DNA of 63,319 bases, counting the filler, from Guillardia theta CCMP2712 (taxonomy: Eukaryota; Protista; Cryptophyta): NCBI RefSeq assembly GCF_000315625.1. It is 5 parts of 5 records of this genome, joined end to end, with 100 filler letters (N's around TTAATTAATTAA, not from the genome) between each part and the next. Parts side by side here need not be neighbours in the genome. Positions count along the whole stretch, not along the records: positions 12,699 to 28,577 come from NW_005434657.1; 4 more parts are not named here. One strand, 5' to 3'. The position numbers were made by a program, and so were the translations under genes. Under the pieces are notes generated by a model, which was not told where the DNA came from, ran no database searches, and saw nothing but the letters and a program-made list of their open reading frames with translations. Shown piece by piece: positions 12,599 through 25,903 of the stretch. Positions within the stretch are counted from its first letter, which is position 1; every line of letters starts with the position of its first letter.

Positions 12599-12698
12599 NN
12601 NNNNNNNNNNNNNNNNNNNNNNNNNNNNNNNNNNNNNNNNNNTTAATTAATTAANNNNNNNNNNNNNNNNNNNNNNNNNNNNNNNNNNNNNNNNNNNN
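12599..12698. other. artificial assembly gap/linker
   Basis: 44 N + TTAATTAATTAA (stops in all frames) + 44 N. Confidence 0.97.
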
Positions 12699-14203
12699 TT
12701 GTTAGAGGGGGCCAAAGAGGAGGCCAGGAGGGGGACGGGGGGGGGCCAAAGAGGAGGCCGGGAGGAGGACGGGAGGCCCCCCCGAGGTAATTGTCCCGCA
12801 AAGGATCCCAGTTTGGAGTGAGCTGGTCAAGGTTAATCTCCCCCCCCCCCCCCCCCCCCCCGGATCTCATAAGAAGTACCCCCTCATGACGTTCGCAAAC
12901 CCCAAATCGTAGGTATCTCACCTCTCCGAGTGATCATCCGATTTGTAATTGCTGCCCCTTTTTAAGACTATATGAAAATCTGAGGGGAGCCTGATATGCT
13001 AGTGATACAGTGTTTTATTACCCCCTACCCTCCGTGCTATGTTCAAAAGAACCTCACCAGTACCCCTATACCCCTGCCCTCAACATATCCCCATCCAAGT
13101 TCTCAGTACCGGTAATTGGTTAGATCAAAGTACCGGTATATTTAAAGGATATCTCACCCCCTACCCCACCTTTCTCGAGTGCCCTCTGTCGAAAAACACC
13201 ACCCCATACTTTGGAGACTACCCCACTGGTTCGAAACTCTACTCCACTTGAGTTTTCTCTATCCCATAGCTATGACTTGTTCTAATTATTCTACTAGTGA
13301 ATTATGCCTATCCTTCATACATTTACCACCCTTCGCTTCTGATCACCCCCATCAGGAACACCCCCACCGCCGTCCATGGCTACACCCTACCCCTCCCCTC
13401 TCTGAGGGCTTTCCCGCTCCTCGCATGCTCTTCTCCCGCCAGGCTGACGCTGTTCGCTTCTATCATCCGCCTCCTGCCGCCTCCTCTTGCTTCCTCCTTC
13501 TCCAACTCTATCTCACCTCCTCCCTCATCCTCCTCATGAACTTTTCATCTTCTCCTCCTCATACATCCTCTTGATACACATCTTCATTGTTTAATCAATA
13601 CATCGGTATAGGTGTGCTTCTGGTCTCTTGATTCCAGGCTTCTTTCCCCACGTGTCTTCCTAGATGTCTCGCCTTGCAACTTAATGATGTCATTGTCTGT
13701 TATCTGCTCCACTTCGTGATGAGCATCATGCTTTTTTTTTTTTCACAAGCAGTGTTTCGCTTCGCCTCAAACCTGATTGCTTGTCTCTACCATGCAAATC
13801 TTGTAAATAGATATGATGTCGCCATGGTCGTTGTCACTCTGGTACTGACCCAGTGGATCTTTGACTGTTGGAATTGTCGGGTGTGTACTGCTACAACAGC
13901 TTCGATTTGATTTACCCCAGACATGTTTACTCTATTGAACGATGTTTTTGTGAGGATCCACACATCATACTCGCATATGTTCATCTTGTCTCAACATTTC
14001 ATGCTTTCTTGTCACACACATGTTGCTTTCTTCCCATTCAGCTCATCCTTTCTTTTGAGATACTTATTTTCTTCATAGCTGCCGACGAGGAGGACCTTCA
14101 CCCGACATGTTCTGTTGATTTTCCAGGTTTGTTGCGCAGCAGACGGATAAGATTTGATCTGTGCAACAACTCTTTGGAGGTTTCTCCGCATTGATATTTC
14201 ACA

Positions 14204-17200
14204 ATGGATGATTTTATGGACGATGACGAAATTCGTCAACCAGATACCTGGGAAATTATTCGAAAATATTTTGATGAAAATGGTCTAGTCCAACAGCAAA
14301 GAGCTTCTTACAATGAGTTCATTCTACAGAATGTCCAAGAAGTCATTGAAGACTACAAAGGACAGATTGAAGTCATTGCTACTCCGCAGTACAAGCCAGG
14401 CACAAAACAAGATTACAAACAGAAAATTCAGGTTGACTTTGGTAGAGTCAGGATCGCGCAGCCCAACATCACTGAGGTGGAGGGCAGAAAAGAAAGATTG
14501 CTTCCTTACATGGCCCGTTTGCGAAAGTTGACCTACTCATGCCAACTCTTTGTGGACATCACGTTGAGAAAATACAAGGTAGCGTCCGATGGATCCGAGC
14601 AGCTGGATAACATTGATGAGCATGAGAGGGTTCCTTTAGGTAAAGTTCCGGTTATGCTTCGATCTGAAGTTTGTCGTCTTTTTGGGAAATACAATAAGGA
14701 CATCATGGACCTGAAGGAGTGCCCTCAAGATCAAGGAGGATATTTTGTTATCAACGGCAGTGAGAAAGTTTTGCTGGCCCAAGAAAGAAGGGCTAATAAT
14801 CTTGTTTTTGTTTTCAAGAAGACTCTTGGAAAGTTTGCATATGTTGCAGAGGTTGGAAGTCAGGTGGAGAAAGGAAACAAACCACCTTCTACTCTCTACA
14901 TGAAGTTGTGGAATAGAGAAAACAACGCGCGATTTGGTGCTTCAGTTGTGCTCACACTGCCATATGTCAGGAAAGAGATCCCGATCGTGATCGTTTTCCG
15001 AGCTTTGGGTATTGAGAGTGACCGTGAAATTCTTGAGCATATCGTTTACAACTTGAAGGATGTCCAGATGATGGAGGCATTGAGACCGTCGCTTGATGAA
15101 GCAGCTCAGGGCAAAGATCTTTCAACTCGTGAAGCGGCTTTGGATTACATCGGTAGGCGAGCCCTCGGGATGACGACTTCACGTGAAAATCGTATTCAAC
15201 ATGCACATGATATTTTGATTCGTGAGTTGCTGCCTCACATCGGCATAACAGAAGAATCTCTCACTAAGAAACAATACTTCCTCGGTTATGTCTGTAATCG
15301 ACTCCTGGCATGCTCTCTTGGCAGGAGGCAACCCGACGACCGTGACCACTACGGTAACAAGCGTGTAGATATGGCTGGTCCGCTTCTTGCCGGACTTTTC
15401 AAAGGGTGTTTCAAGCGCCTCGTGAAGGAATTTCGGAAGTCACTTCAGGATTCTCTGGATAATGGAAAGGAAGTCAACATGAACACAGCCTTCAAGCAGG
15501 ATTTCATCACCAAGGGCATCAAGTACTGCATGGCAACTGGTAATTGGGGAGTGGGCAAAGCTGCTGTTGCTGGTCAAGCCACGCGGACTGGAGTGAGCCA
15601 GGTGCTCTCGCGTTTAACATTTGCAGCCGCTCTCTCTCATTTGCGAAGAGCCAACACACCTATCGGTATTTACTTCCATTCAATTGAATGTATTTCTGAT
15701 GATTGTAACAGGCAAGGAGGGGAAAATTGCACAACCTCGACAGCTGCACAACACACAATGGGGTGTCGTTTGCCCAGCAGAGACTCCCGAGGGCCAGGCG
15801 TGCGGTCTGGTCAAGAATCTTTCCCTCATGACCTACGTCTCGGTCGGTGGCGCATCGCAAGTCATAATCGAGCTGCTTCAGGCTGGAGGTATGGAAGAGC
15901 TCGAAGAGTTGGCATCTCCAGCTATCTGTGCCAGCTCGCGATTTAGCAAGGTCTTCGTGAACGGTGTCTGGGTGGGCATGACCGACGATCCCGACAACCT
16001 CGCGAACACGCTGCGAGAGCAGAGGCGTGAGATGACGATTGGAGGCATGATTCATGAGGTCGGGGTAGCAAGAGATATTGGGGAACGTGAATTGTTCATA
16101 TCCACAGACTATGGACGTCTGATGCGTCCTCTGCTGATCGTTGACAAAGAAACAGGATTTTTGAACTTGAAAAGATCGAACATCATCCACATGACACAGA
16201 ACGAGCAGACGACTTGGTCTGAAATCTTGCGTAAGGGCTTCATTGAGTACATCGACGTGATGGAAGAGGAGACTTGCTACATTGCCATGTTGGTGAAGGA
16301 CGTTGGCAGCAACGACCTCTACCAATATACTCACTGTGAGATTCACCCGGCAATGATCCTCGGTGTTTGCGCGAGTATTATTCCTTTCCCCGACCACAAT
16401 CAGTCTCCTCGTAATACTTATCAATCTGCTATGGGCAAGCAGGCTATGGGCATCTATGCCACCAATTATCAGGTATTACACTCTGCATTAGACTCTCTGC
16501 TTCTATCGCGTTTTTTGAATTTTTATGTTTCCTGCCTTTGAATTATACCGGTTCTGATTATTTGTGATCAGGTTCGAATTGACACTTTGGCTCATGTATT
16601 ATATTATCCACAAAAACCACTTGTCAAGACGCATTCCATGGATTATCTCAAGTTCAGAGAGTTGCCAGCAGGGCAAAACCTCATCGTGGCAATCGCAGTA
16701 TACAGTGGATACAACCAAGAGGATTCTCTTATTATGAGCCAGGTACGATGCTTCTTCCTAATTTTTCTAGCGCTGATTGTGCATTGCAGTCATCAATTGA
16801 TCGAGGGATGTTCCGTTCAATGTTTTATCGCAGCTACACAGACGAGCAGAAGACTGAGGGAGTTTTGTGCCTCGAGCAGTTCGAGAAGCCGCAGAGAGAA
16901 GAACTTGGCAGCGCAAGCTCGAGGGTGAATTACGACAAGCTCGATGTTGACGGCCTGGTGTTCCCAGCGCAGAATGTTGAGGACAGGGACATCATCATCG
17001 GCAAGACCACCCTTGTGACCAACTCTGATGACTCGGACCAGGCGCAGATCGCAGTGAAGAGAGACTCTAGCACTCGCCTGCGCCACAACGAGCACGGAGT
17101 TGTCGACCAGGTCTTGCTCACGACCAACAGTGACACTGGCCAGCGATTCGTGCAGATCAAAGTCAGGGCTGTCAGGGTGCCACAGATCGGCGACAAGTTT

Positions 17201-18141
17201 GCGTCTCGCCACGGGCAGAAGGGGACCGTGGGTATCACTTACCGTCAGGACGACATGCCCTTCACCTCAGAGGGGGTGAGCCCGGACCTCATCGTCAACC
17301 CTCACGCCATCCCATCCCGCATGACCATCGGGCATCTCATCGAGACCTTGCTGGGCAAGGTTGGATGTTTGACCGGAGACGAGGGAGACGCGACTCCCTT
17401 CAACGAGGTGAACGTCAAGGACGTTTCTGACATGCTCCACTCTCGCGGGTACCAGCGACATGGCAACGAGCGGCTCTACAACGGCCACACTGGCCGTCCC
17501 CTCACCGCCCTTGTCTTCTTCGGGCCCACCTACTACCAGCGTCTGAAGCACATGGTGGACGACAAGATCCATTCGCGAGCTCGCGGCCCGACGCAGATGC
17601 TCAACCGGCAGCCCATGGAGGGACGAGCGCGCGATGGCGGCTTGAGGTTCGGCGAGATGGAGCGAGACTGTATGATCGCACACGGATCAGCCAACGTGCT
17701 CAGAGAGAAGCTGTTCACGCAGTCGGACGGATACATGACGCACATCTGCCAGGATTGCGGACTCATTGCCATCGCTAACCTTGACAGCAACCTGTACCGC
17801 TGCCCTAACCAGGCCACTTGCAGGAACTCGTCGGTTGGTCTTGTTCTGCTCGTTTGCTCGATGACTCATTCGTTGCGACAGATCGGGATGATTGAGATTC
17901 CTTATGCAGCGAAATTGCTGTTCCAAGAACTCATGGCAATGCAGGCGAGTGTCCTTGTTCGTGATGTTGTTGATGAGGTGGAACACGATTCATGATGGTA
18001 GAGATGATGGTGGTAGACATGGTGTGGTTGTTTCGATTATGACACAAAGATGACGATGGTAAACATGCTGATGATTTCTTTCAGATTGCTCCAAGGCTCA
18101 TGACATCTCTTCCGGGCAACTGGCGACTGTATGACACCTGA
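14204..18141 (+). CDS. RPB2: DNA-directed RNA polymerase II second-largest subunit (multi-exon)
   Basis: Motifs [67 protein letters not shown] and [11 protein letters not shown]. Short introns explain the split ORFs. The last exon IAPRLMT..* ends at 18141. Confidence 0.97.
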
Positions 18142-18199
18142 GGGTCCTTACGATCGCCTTTCAATTCGAATCGATAAAGCATCAAAGGGAGGACGACTC

Positions 18200-19780
18200 T
18201 CTCTGTTCCTCTTTCTCTCAATCTCTCTACCCGCGGTCATAAAGGAAAATCTTCTAGACTTTCGAGTAGCCGATCGCTCCGACAAAGGCACGGGCGTGTG
18301 CATTCTGCTCCTGCAGGACCCTGTTAGCCATAAGGCTCCTCCTCCCTCTCCACTTGCCGCAACGAAGATTTTCTCGGAGCACGGCGGGCCTGCACGAATC
18401 TCCAGGTCGAGGGTGTAGTCAGTGACTCCTCCGATGTCGAAGGCGTTCTTGATGCCCTGGAAACAGAGCAGAGGACGTGGAGATCCAGAGAGAGAAGGGA
18501 AAGGGCAGGGGCGCGGAGAGATGGGAGGGAGCAGGTGGATGCGAAGGGGAGGGAGGAGTGATGGGAACGAGTGAGAAGGAGAGGGGGAAAAGGGAGATCA
18601 ACATGTCAGATCGGCTGATCACGAGCCGAGCTTTCATCCTCCTCCTCTATCACCTCCGGCCCAAATCCTCCTCTGAGCACCAGGCCGAAGGGAGAGTCGG
18701 TATAAAGCAGGATCCCGACAGTTTCGCCATCATCCAAGGGTATCTGCAGGCGACACGAGGGAGCGAGCGTGAGTCAAGAGGAGGATGTCATGTCCATGGA
18801 AGACAGCAGGACAGTCGCTCACGGGTTCATCAAGAGGGAAAGACTTGTAGAGCTCCGTCTTGATCGTGAACTGCCAGCACGTTCACAAACAATCGGCTAA
18901 TCGCCCAGGAGTGGGTCGAATTTCACCTCTCCCTGCTCGAACTCGATCACGTTCATCACTTGCTTTCTCTTTCCCAGGCACTTCCATGCAGAGGGATCGT
19001 TCTCGTTCCCTAGAAAGCTTCCTTTGGTGCACTTCCAAACCTGAAGGTCCAGCTCGACATCCTGGGCCAAGCTAGACGGGAAAACGGTATCAGGGACCAA
19101 GGGCAGGGAGATCAGGGCGGGCAAACCTCGAACATCCCGACTGAATGTCATGAATTTTCAACTTGCCGGACTTGCTTACAAGGTCAAAAAAGACTCCGTA
19201 CCTGAAAGGCATCTCAACATCTCAACACAACTACTTCTCTACACTGAGTGAGTTTTCAAAGATCGCACCAGCAGTTTGACGTTCGTGGCCTAGTGATGAG
19301 CAGCTCATCAGCCTGCTGACTCATCTTCATCGCTCTTCCTCCTGACCGCACGATCGCTGGCCTGGTCGCTGCATAGCGCCAGGGAGCAGAAGGTATGATG
19401 CCTGGCCTGCACCAACATAGTGAGGTGCAACCTTTCAAGTGCAGGAGCAAGTGAGGATCAGATAGCAGGGCAGAGATCGAGAGGCAGCTGGCATGTACCT
19501 TGATGATGCAGCAAGGCAATTATCAGCTCGAAACAGTCCCGCTGGGGAGCAGAACAACATCGTTCCTCTCCTCAACGAGGAGTCGGAGGAAGAGATCGGG
19601 ATCTGAGCCCGTGACGAAGGGGAGGTAGACAAAGGCATGGAATCAGGCGATGGGGAGTGAAGGAGTCGACAAGAAGGAGAGGAAGAGAAGAAGCTGGATG
19701 AGGAGGAGGAGGACGCAAGAGAAGCCTCTGCCATCCCCAACCCCAGCGACATCAACAGTCCCACTACCCGCATGTGCATG
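18200..19780 (-). CDS. probable multi-exon hypothetical protein (boundaries approximate)
   Basis: Coding-like minus-strand segments with intron-like interruptions and a hydrophobic N-terminus. No domain recognised. Confidence 0.3.
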
Positions 19781-20329
19781 ATGGCCCCCGATACGTCCGG
19801 GCGATTGGGTCGGAGCGGGGATGAGGATGCTGAACCTTGCGGCGGCGAGCCGCGGCCGGTCACCGGGTGCCGGGCGGCCGGGCTCTGGGGACGGTCGGAC
19901 CCGGCCGTACTGCACCGTGACGGACCGGCCGGGACGAACTTGCCGGGCACTGCATCAGACTGAGAGTGTCTGTTGCCAGCCTGAGTCGGAACGCCGCTCG
20001 GAACGAAGTTGCTCCTTGACAATCAGTGGGACTGAGTTCACGGTTTCCGACTGAGTCACAGTAGCGCCGGGCGACTGCTGTACGGCCTTCACAGACGGTG
20101 ATCGAACAGTGACGGTTGAACTTCTGAAGCCTGACCGTCGGACCGTACGGTCCGGCCGGCGGTCAGCAACCTCGGACTCGGGCTACTAAGGCTAAGTCGG
20201 CGTCCAAGCAGCGTTTTGTCGAACATCACTGAGATTCGGTTTTATTCCGATGGTGTAGCTCGCCAACAGAACTTCACTCAGCACACGGGGGACTGAATGG
20301 TGAGTTCGATGTCAATTTCTTTACTCAAA

Positions 20330-21073
20330 TCACAAAAATTTCACACTATTCATAATACGTCTACACAATGTCTCAATTTTACAGGCATGCAAATCGTTCG
20401 GAGCCTACTTGCGTCATCAAAAAGAATAAAATTCTCTCCAAACTGGAGATTACATTGTCGTCAACTTTGCTGTGAAGGACCCAATACCCCGGAAAGATTT
20501 GGGCGCGTCGGCTGTCCAAGCAATATTCTACACATTGTACACTTGTTCTATCATCAAATCAATCCTTCCACCAGATTATGACTGGAATTCTGGGTACAGT
20601 CCAAGTTGGAGTTTGGTATAAACCTTTCCCGAAGCATCAAATTCTGGTTTGTACTCGTGGTTCTGGCGTCTCCTGGTCTCAAAAGGTCCAGCACGCCTAG
20701 TCCTAAGTCCAGTGTACCTGTCCGTTCTGGGCGTGAGAGTGGGGCTTTGCTGTTCAACATCATCCTCCTTGTCAAAAGCCCAAAAGAAGTCCGTTTCCAC
20801 AAGATTCTGCCTAACTGATACAGTTCTCCTGAGCCTCTTGCCCTTGCCTGACGACAAGCCACCGTTCATTTGGCAGACGTTGTTGTTTGATCCCAATGGC
20901 GAACCAGCTGGCGAAGGAGAAGGGGAGGTGTTTGCAGTACATGGTTCTGCCGGCGGAATGTTGGATGGATCCAAAATGACTCTCCTCAGCGCATTGCTCG
21001 AGCTGTGCGCAATGCTCATAGCATAGCAAGGAAGGCAAATGATCAAGAAGGCCAGGCGAGAAATCCGAACCAT
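20330..21073 (-). CDS. hypothetical protein with signal peptide (3' end approximate)
   Basis: 165-aa first ORF beginning MVRISRLAFLIICLPCYAMS. Confidence 0.45.
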
Positions 21074-23299
21074 CTCAAGAAGAGAAGGCTAGACAGTGGA
21101 GAGCACCAAGTCAATATTCAACTACGTCCTGACAATTTTTCAAGTTTGTCGAGGACAATAGGTCACTTCACAGGTGCGATGCACGTCACGTGAACAAGAG
21201 CAAAAGCTAGAACGTGCAAGTTCTGGACTTCAAGAGCTTAAGGAGAGGACTGGGCCACAGGTGCAGTTGTGGAGGAGCAGTGATATGGAAGAGGGAGGAT
21301 GGGGAGTCGTATATATAGAGGAGGGCCTGAAGAGCAGGGATAGGGAAGAACAAGGAGCAAGAGCAGGACGTGATAAGGCGGAGGGGGCGGATGGATGAAG
21401 AATGAAGGATGTGGAGTACCCCTACCCCACTACCCCATTTTATAGGACCCTACCTTTTTCTGATACGCACACTGATACCCACCCTCTGGTCCTCTTACCA
21501 TCATGAAGTACCCTACCCTTGTACAAAAATAATCAGAACCACCCCAGTAAAATTCATGATCCCCTACATTTGACCAATCAATGACCCACCATTTTGTGAG
21601 GATTTCTTACAAAATAAAAGATATAACCGGTAGTAAGATACTCCACCCACCCTTTGAAAAACAGGACCCTCGTGTGCGACTAGCATGTAAAGAAGTACTC
21701 TTATTGGAATGACCCATCCCCCTAGGACAGAAGTCATTGTCTGTAAGGGGGGGTCCATGCCAACACTACAATTATTATTGTTTGCATTAGGTCTCGAAGA
21801 ATAAGGTCGTATGTTGGGGTGGGGGTGCTTTTCGTATTACATTACGGGTACCTCAGACTGCTCCAACAGGGGTACTGAAAGACAGGTAACCGTCTGCTTT
21901 CGCGGAGGGGTGACTGTCGTGGTAGGGTCTGTCAATCAGCCATACCTTGGGGGTAGGGTGTGTTTGAATCAATGAATGGGGTGTTCATACCCCGCAGGAA
22001 ACATGAACCGGTACTTTACCCTGATATTTATGGGGTAATTTCGGTATCTTGTTGGTGGTTGATTTCACAATTGTATTTGGGGTGGGGGTTACGACATGAA
22101 AAAGTGGAGGTGGGGGGGTTGCAGCATCCTCGTCCCTACGACCCGTGGATCCCCTGAAAGACAGAGTGGTCGTAGCAGCCAGAGGCTATAGGTCAACGTT
22201 TCTCTATGAAACTCAATAAGAAAATCTAGGAGAGTGAAGAGAACGAGCGAAGGGGGCGATTCTAGGGTGGAAAATAGTGCCAATGGGGGTAGGGTGAGCC
22301 TGTGTTGTGCCCTCTTACTGTTGGTGGGTAGGGGTTGTCCAATGGTTGAGATCATGAAGGTGGTCTGAGGGGGAGGGGATCTGCTGCGACTGCATCAAGA
22401 TGGTCGATTTTATAGCAGGAGCAATAGCAAGATTTAGTGAGGGGTCAAGGATGGCAAAGGAGGGCATCCAGGTGCAGTGGGGTCTCCATGCCAGAGTCGT
22501 ACCCCATGCAGAAAGACCCTACCCTCTATTGAAGGGCAATTCTTGTGTCAATTGAGGGGTACATATGGGATCACATCAAGCACCCACCCTATCACAAAAA
22601 TCCATGTTCACCATCCACGATCACCGTCGCTTCCACCCCCACCCCTCCCTGAAGGAGTCAGCTTTCATGCCACGTTGACCCTCTGAATCTCATAAATTCT
22701 TTCGAAAAGGAGGAGTTTGAATCGCTGGGGTCGGAGCTGAGTCGTATCTTGAAACCAAAAGGAGTCTTATCAATATATTTGTGACTGAATCTGTTATCTG
22801 GTCTGATCTCGTCGAAACGATGTTATTTTGGATGTCAGGCCTTATGCGGTTGCAGAAGGCTGGGATCTGGGGTGTTGAAGATTCCGACATGTCTCTAAAA
22901 GTATTTACAAATGCAACGAATCGCTTATACTAAATTGTAACACGGAACGAGGTCACGTTACCCTAAAACCACTTCATTCTGGGGCGGGCTAGGACAAGCC
23001 GGAGGATGCAGGGAGGATGAGGGAGATGAGCTGGTGGATTGAGTGGGAATGAGGGTTGGGTCGCATTAGTCGCAATGCGAGGACTTTCATTACCAACAAC
23101 GAATCATCCCCGCGATCTTCTTGCCTCCTGTTTGCACAGAGGAAACTTGCCAAACGTGATTGCAAGTTTCAGCACTACATGTTGTGTTGTGCTACCATGT
23201 AACATTTGAGTTTCTGTGCAGCGCACAGTACTTGCGGCTCTGACCCCTCCCTAAGAAACGAACATGCTTGTCACAGCCTCCGGGAAAGTGGCAGCTAGG

Positions 23300-25303
23300 T
23301 GGAATGTCAGCGATTGCGGCGAACAAGGGCAGGGGCACGTGTGGACAGCAAGATGGACGTCGTCGACTGACTTGTGTCTGCTACCTGATGTACGATGTCA
23401 GTCTCCCAGACATAGTCGAATGTTGGCCAAGCATACAGTGCAGCTTCTTCGAGCATGGCCGTCCCGAGGCCTGCTATGACCATTATCCCGGCCCGGGGTT
23501 CTAATGCAAACTCCTACCTTGTGGAACTGTCGCCCCCACGAGGCAGTCTTGGTGCAACGGTAGCATTTCAAGTGCAGAGAGAAGAAACGCGCACTCTGCA
23601 AACAAGTTGAGATGACCGGCAGAGCCTGAGCATAATAGTGACCGTCTGCATGCTTGTATCGGACGTTCGGGGGGACCGTGTCTTCGACAGAGTTGAACAG
23701 ATCCTTTCCACGAACGACGTTCTGTTCTCGTCCCTGTACGTGGCATCTTGGACCCCATCGACCCGCCAGCCGGGGGAGTCAAGGGAGTCAGAGACGGTTG
23801 CCTTCGGCTTAAATGGTGCGCGGGTTGCTGGCTTTGCAGGAGGATTGCGAGACACCGCCTCTGTTCCTACTGTCAGGGCAGGGCTGTATTCCTTCCTCAG
23901 CCGATCGGACTTGGAGCCTCTGTGCGCTGCCGGTGATCGTGTGGTCAAGTGCTGTACGAAGTTTACCGCTGCAGTGTGAATGCAGAACAGAAGAAGAGAA
24001 CCTGATTTTGCAGGAAGAATATCATCTTCTGGACATCAGTGTTGCAGTTAGCGACGTTCCGAAGTTTTGCTTCCGATGTCGATTTACATTTGCTGATTTG
24101 TGAGATGAGTATTCCTTCGCATCCCCCACAATGCTTCCACACACCTGCAGAGAAGAAGACGCCATTCGCTCTGGTTGTCCGCCAGACCCCACGAGCTGCT
24201 CCAACGTCAACTATTTTCTTGAGTCAAGATTCGATAAGATTACGCTTTTCTTGTACAGAAACAGCAGTATCTCGTGGAATTCCAGCTACGATCTCTTTCG
24301 ACATCCACATCAATGTGGAATAAGGTGAACACATCCTTCTTCTTCTGCAGACATTTCTCAGACTCGGGGAACCCGCATCAGGTGCATGAACCATCATCGA
24401 CATTCTGAAGTCGGGTAGGGGAGGTATCCGTGGATTCTCGAGGCATTGATCCAGGAACTGCTGTACTTTGAAATCCTTCGAAACCTTTGAAAAGACCTCT
24501 TCGTCTTGCGGAACCACATTCAGCATGAAGAGCAAATGTGATCGGCTCCATTGAATGTCGTTGAAAGCTTGACTCTGACGGAGGCGTTCGGTTGTAATCG
24601 AGCTCATCAATTTGATGACAGCAAAGAGAGTTTTCTGAAGACCCGATTGTTGCTTGTCTGTGAGACTGAAATATGTCTTCTGTTTCTCTAAAGAGATGTG
24701 CCTCTTGCTGAAAATCAGATGTTTGATGCAGATGAAGAATTTAGTCCAGGGGCAAACGTAATGTCCCTTTGACTCGTTTGACATCAACCTATCCACATAT
24801 GTTGACGTTTTGCAGATCTTGCAGATTGCTTTGAGTCTTCCACTTATGTCTTGAAAGATAAATACCTCTTCAAGCTCCTCGTCACAGGATTCATACACTG
24901 ATCTCGACAGGTTGAGGTGCTTAAAAATGTGATTCTGTAGTGAGGATCGCCAGAAGACCTTTTCTTCAGGATCATCCACGTTGATTCCATCCTCTGAGAA
25001 AGATTCGCAAGAATCGTGGCTGTAATTCTGAAGCAAATGTTCAGAATATTCTCCATACAAACTTGACTCGTCTTGTAAGCTTCCTGTCCTGCTACTTTCC
25101 GAAGAACCCCCTCCTCGCAGGGCCCTGAGCCAGAGTCTTGATGGTTGTTGGACCTTGTACAAATATGTCCAAGGAGTTGTAGAGTGAGCTATGTTCAGAT
25201 CATGAGTAGAGGATGGCTTTATATCAGATCTGGAATGCCCTCTGCTCGACCAGGTGGCCAAAAACAAGCACATGAGGCAAGCTCGTTCGATTCTACCTCT
25301 CAT
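23300..25303 (-). CDS. hypothetical protein with signal peptide and LRGG leader motif (3' exons approximate)
   Basis: 359-aa ORF 25303-24224 with a hydrophobic N-terminus, then WLRALRGGG and a CxxC..C..H cluster. It probably continues into the ORF at 23948-23568. Confidence 0.55.
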
Positions 25304-25903
25304 TCACTTTTTCGGCAAGAGGCCATGTCGTTTACATTCGGATCCTGCAAGAGATAATGCAACGCTTTCATGCAACACTTGCCCGCATCCTCTAATATAC
25401 CATTCCAAGGACTCGCTCCAGTCTGTACACGACTCGTCAACCTCGTTGCAATCGCCATCACTCATCACCTTGCCGCCCGCGCTATCTCATCATCGTCTTC
25501 GACATCAAACTTCGCCTCCTCCTCTTCCCTCTCTTCATGCCTTCTACATCCTCACATGCTGCCATGCAACAGTCGCTTCACGCCATGCCAGCGGCCGATT
25601 CACTTCACAGCGAAGGTAAGTGAAGGTATCAGTTAAGTTTGGGGGACAGCAGTCGGCAGGATGAGGGTAGGTTATTGCTGTCTCTACTCTCCTGATTTTC
25701 CTCGTACTGGTTTTAACTTAATTTTGAGTAAACTTCACTTCAGTCTGTACCCCAGGTTCCATCACCCTACCCTAGCAATCAGAGCAGTATTGTGAGGAAT
25801 AAATGGGGTACTGCAACTATCCTTAGGACACCGGTGGTCAACTACATATCGTTCTAGTCGACCGCTTCAGTCGTTACGCATTTCGTTGAAGCCATAACGG
25901 ACA

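Noticed and set aside
12599-12698. TTAATTAATTAA palindrome inside N-runs (four occurrences)
   Set aside because: Identical 100-bp artificial contig linker; not biological.
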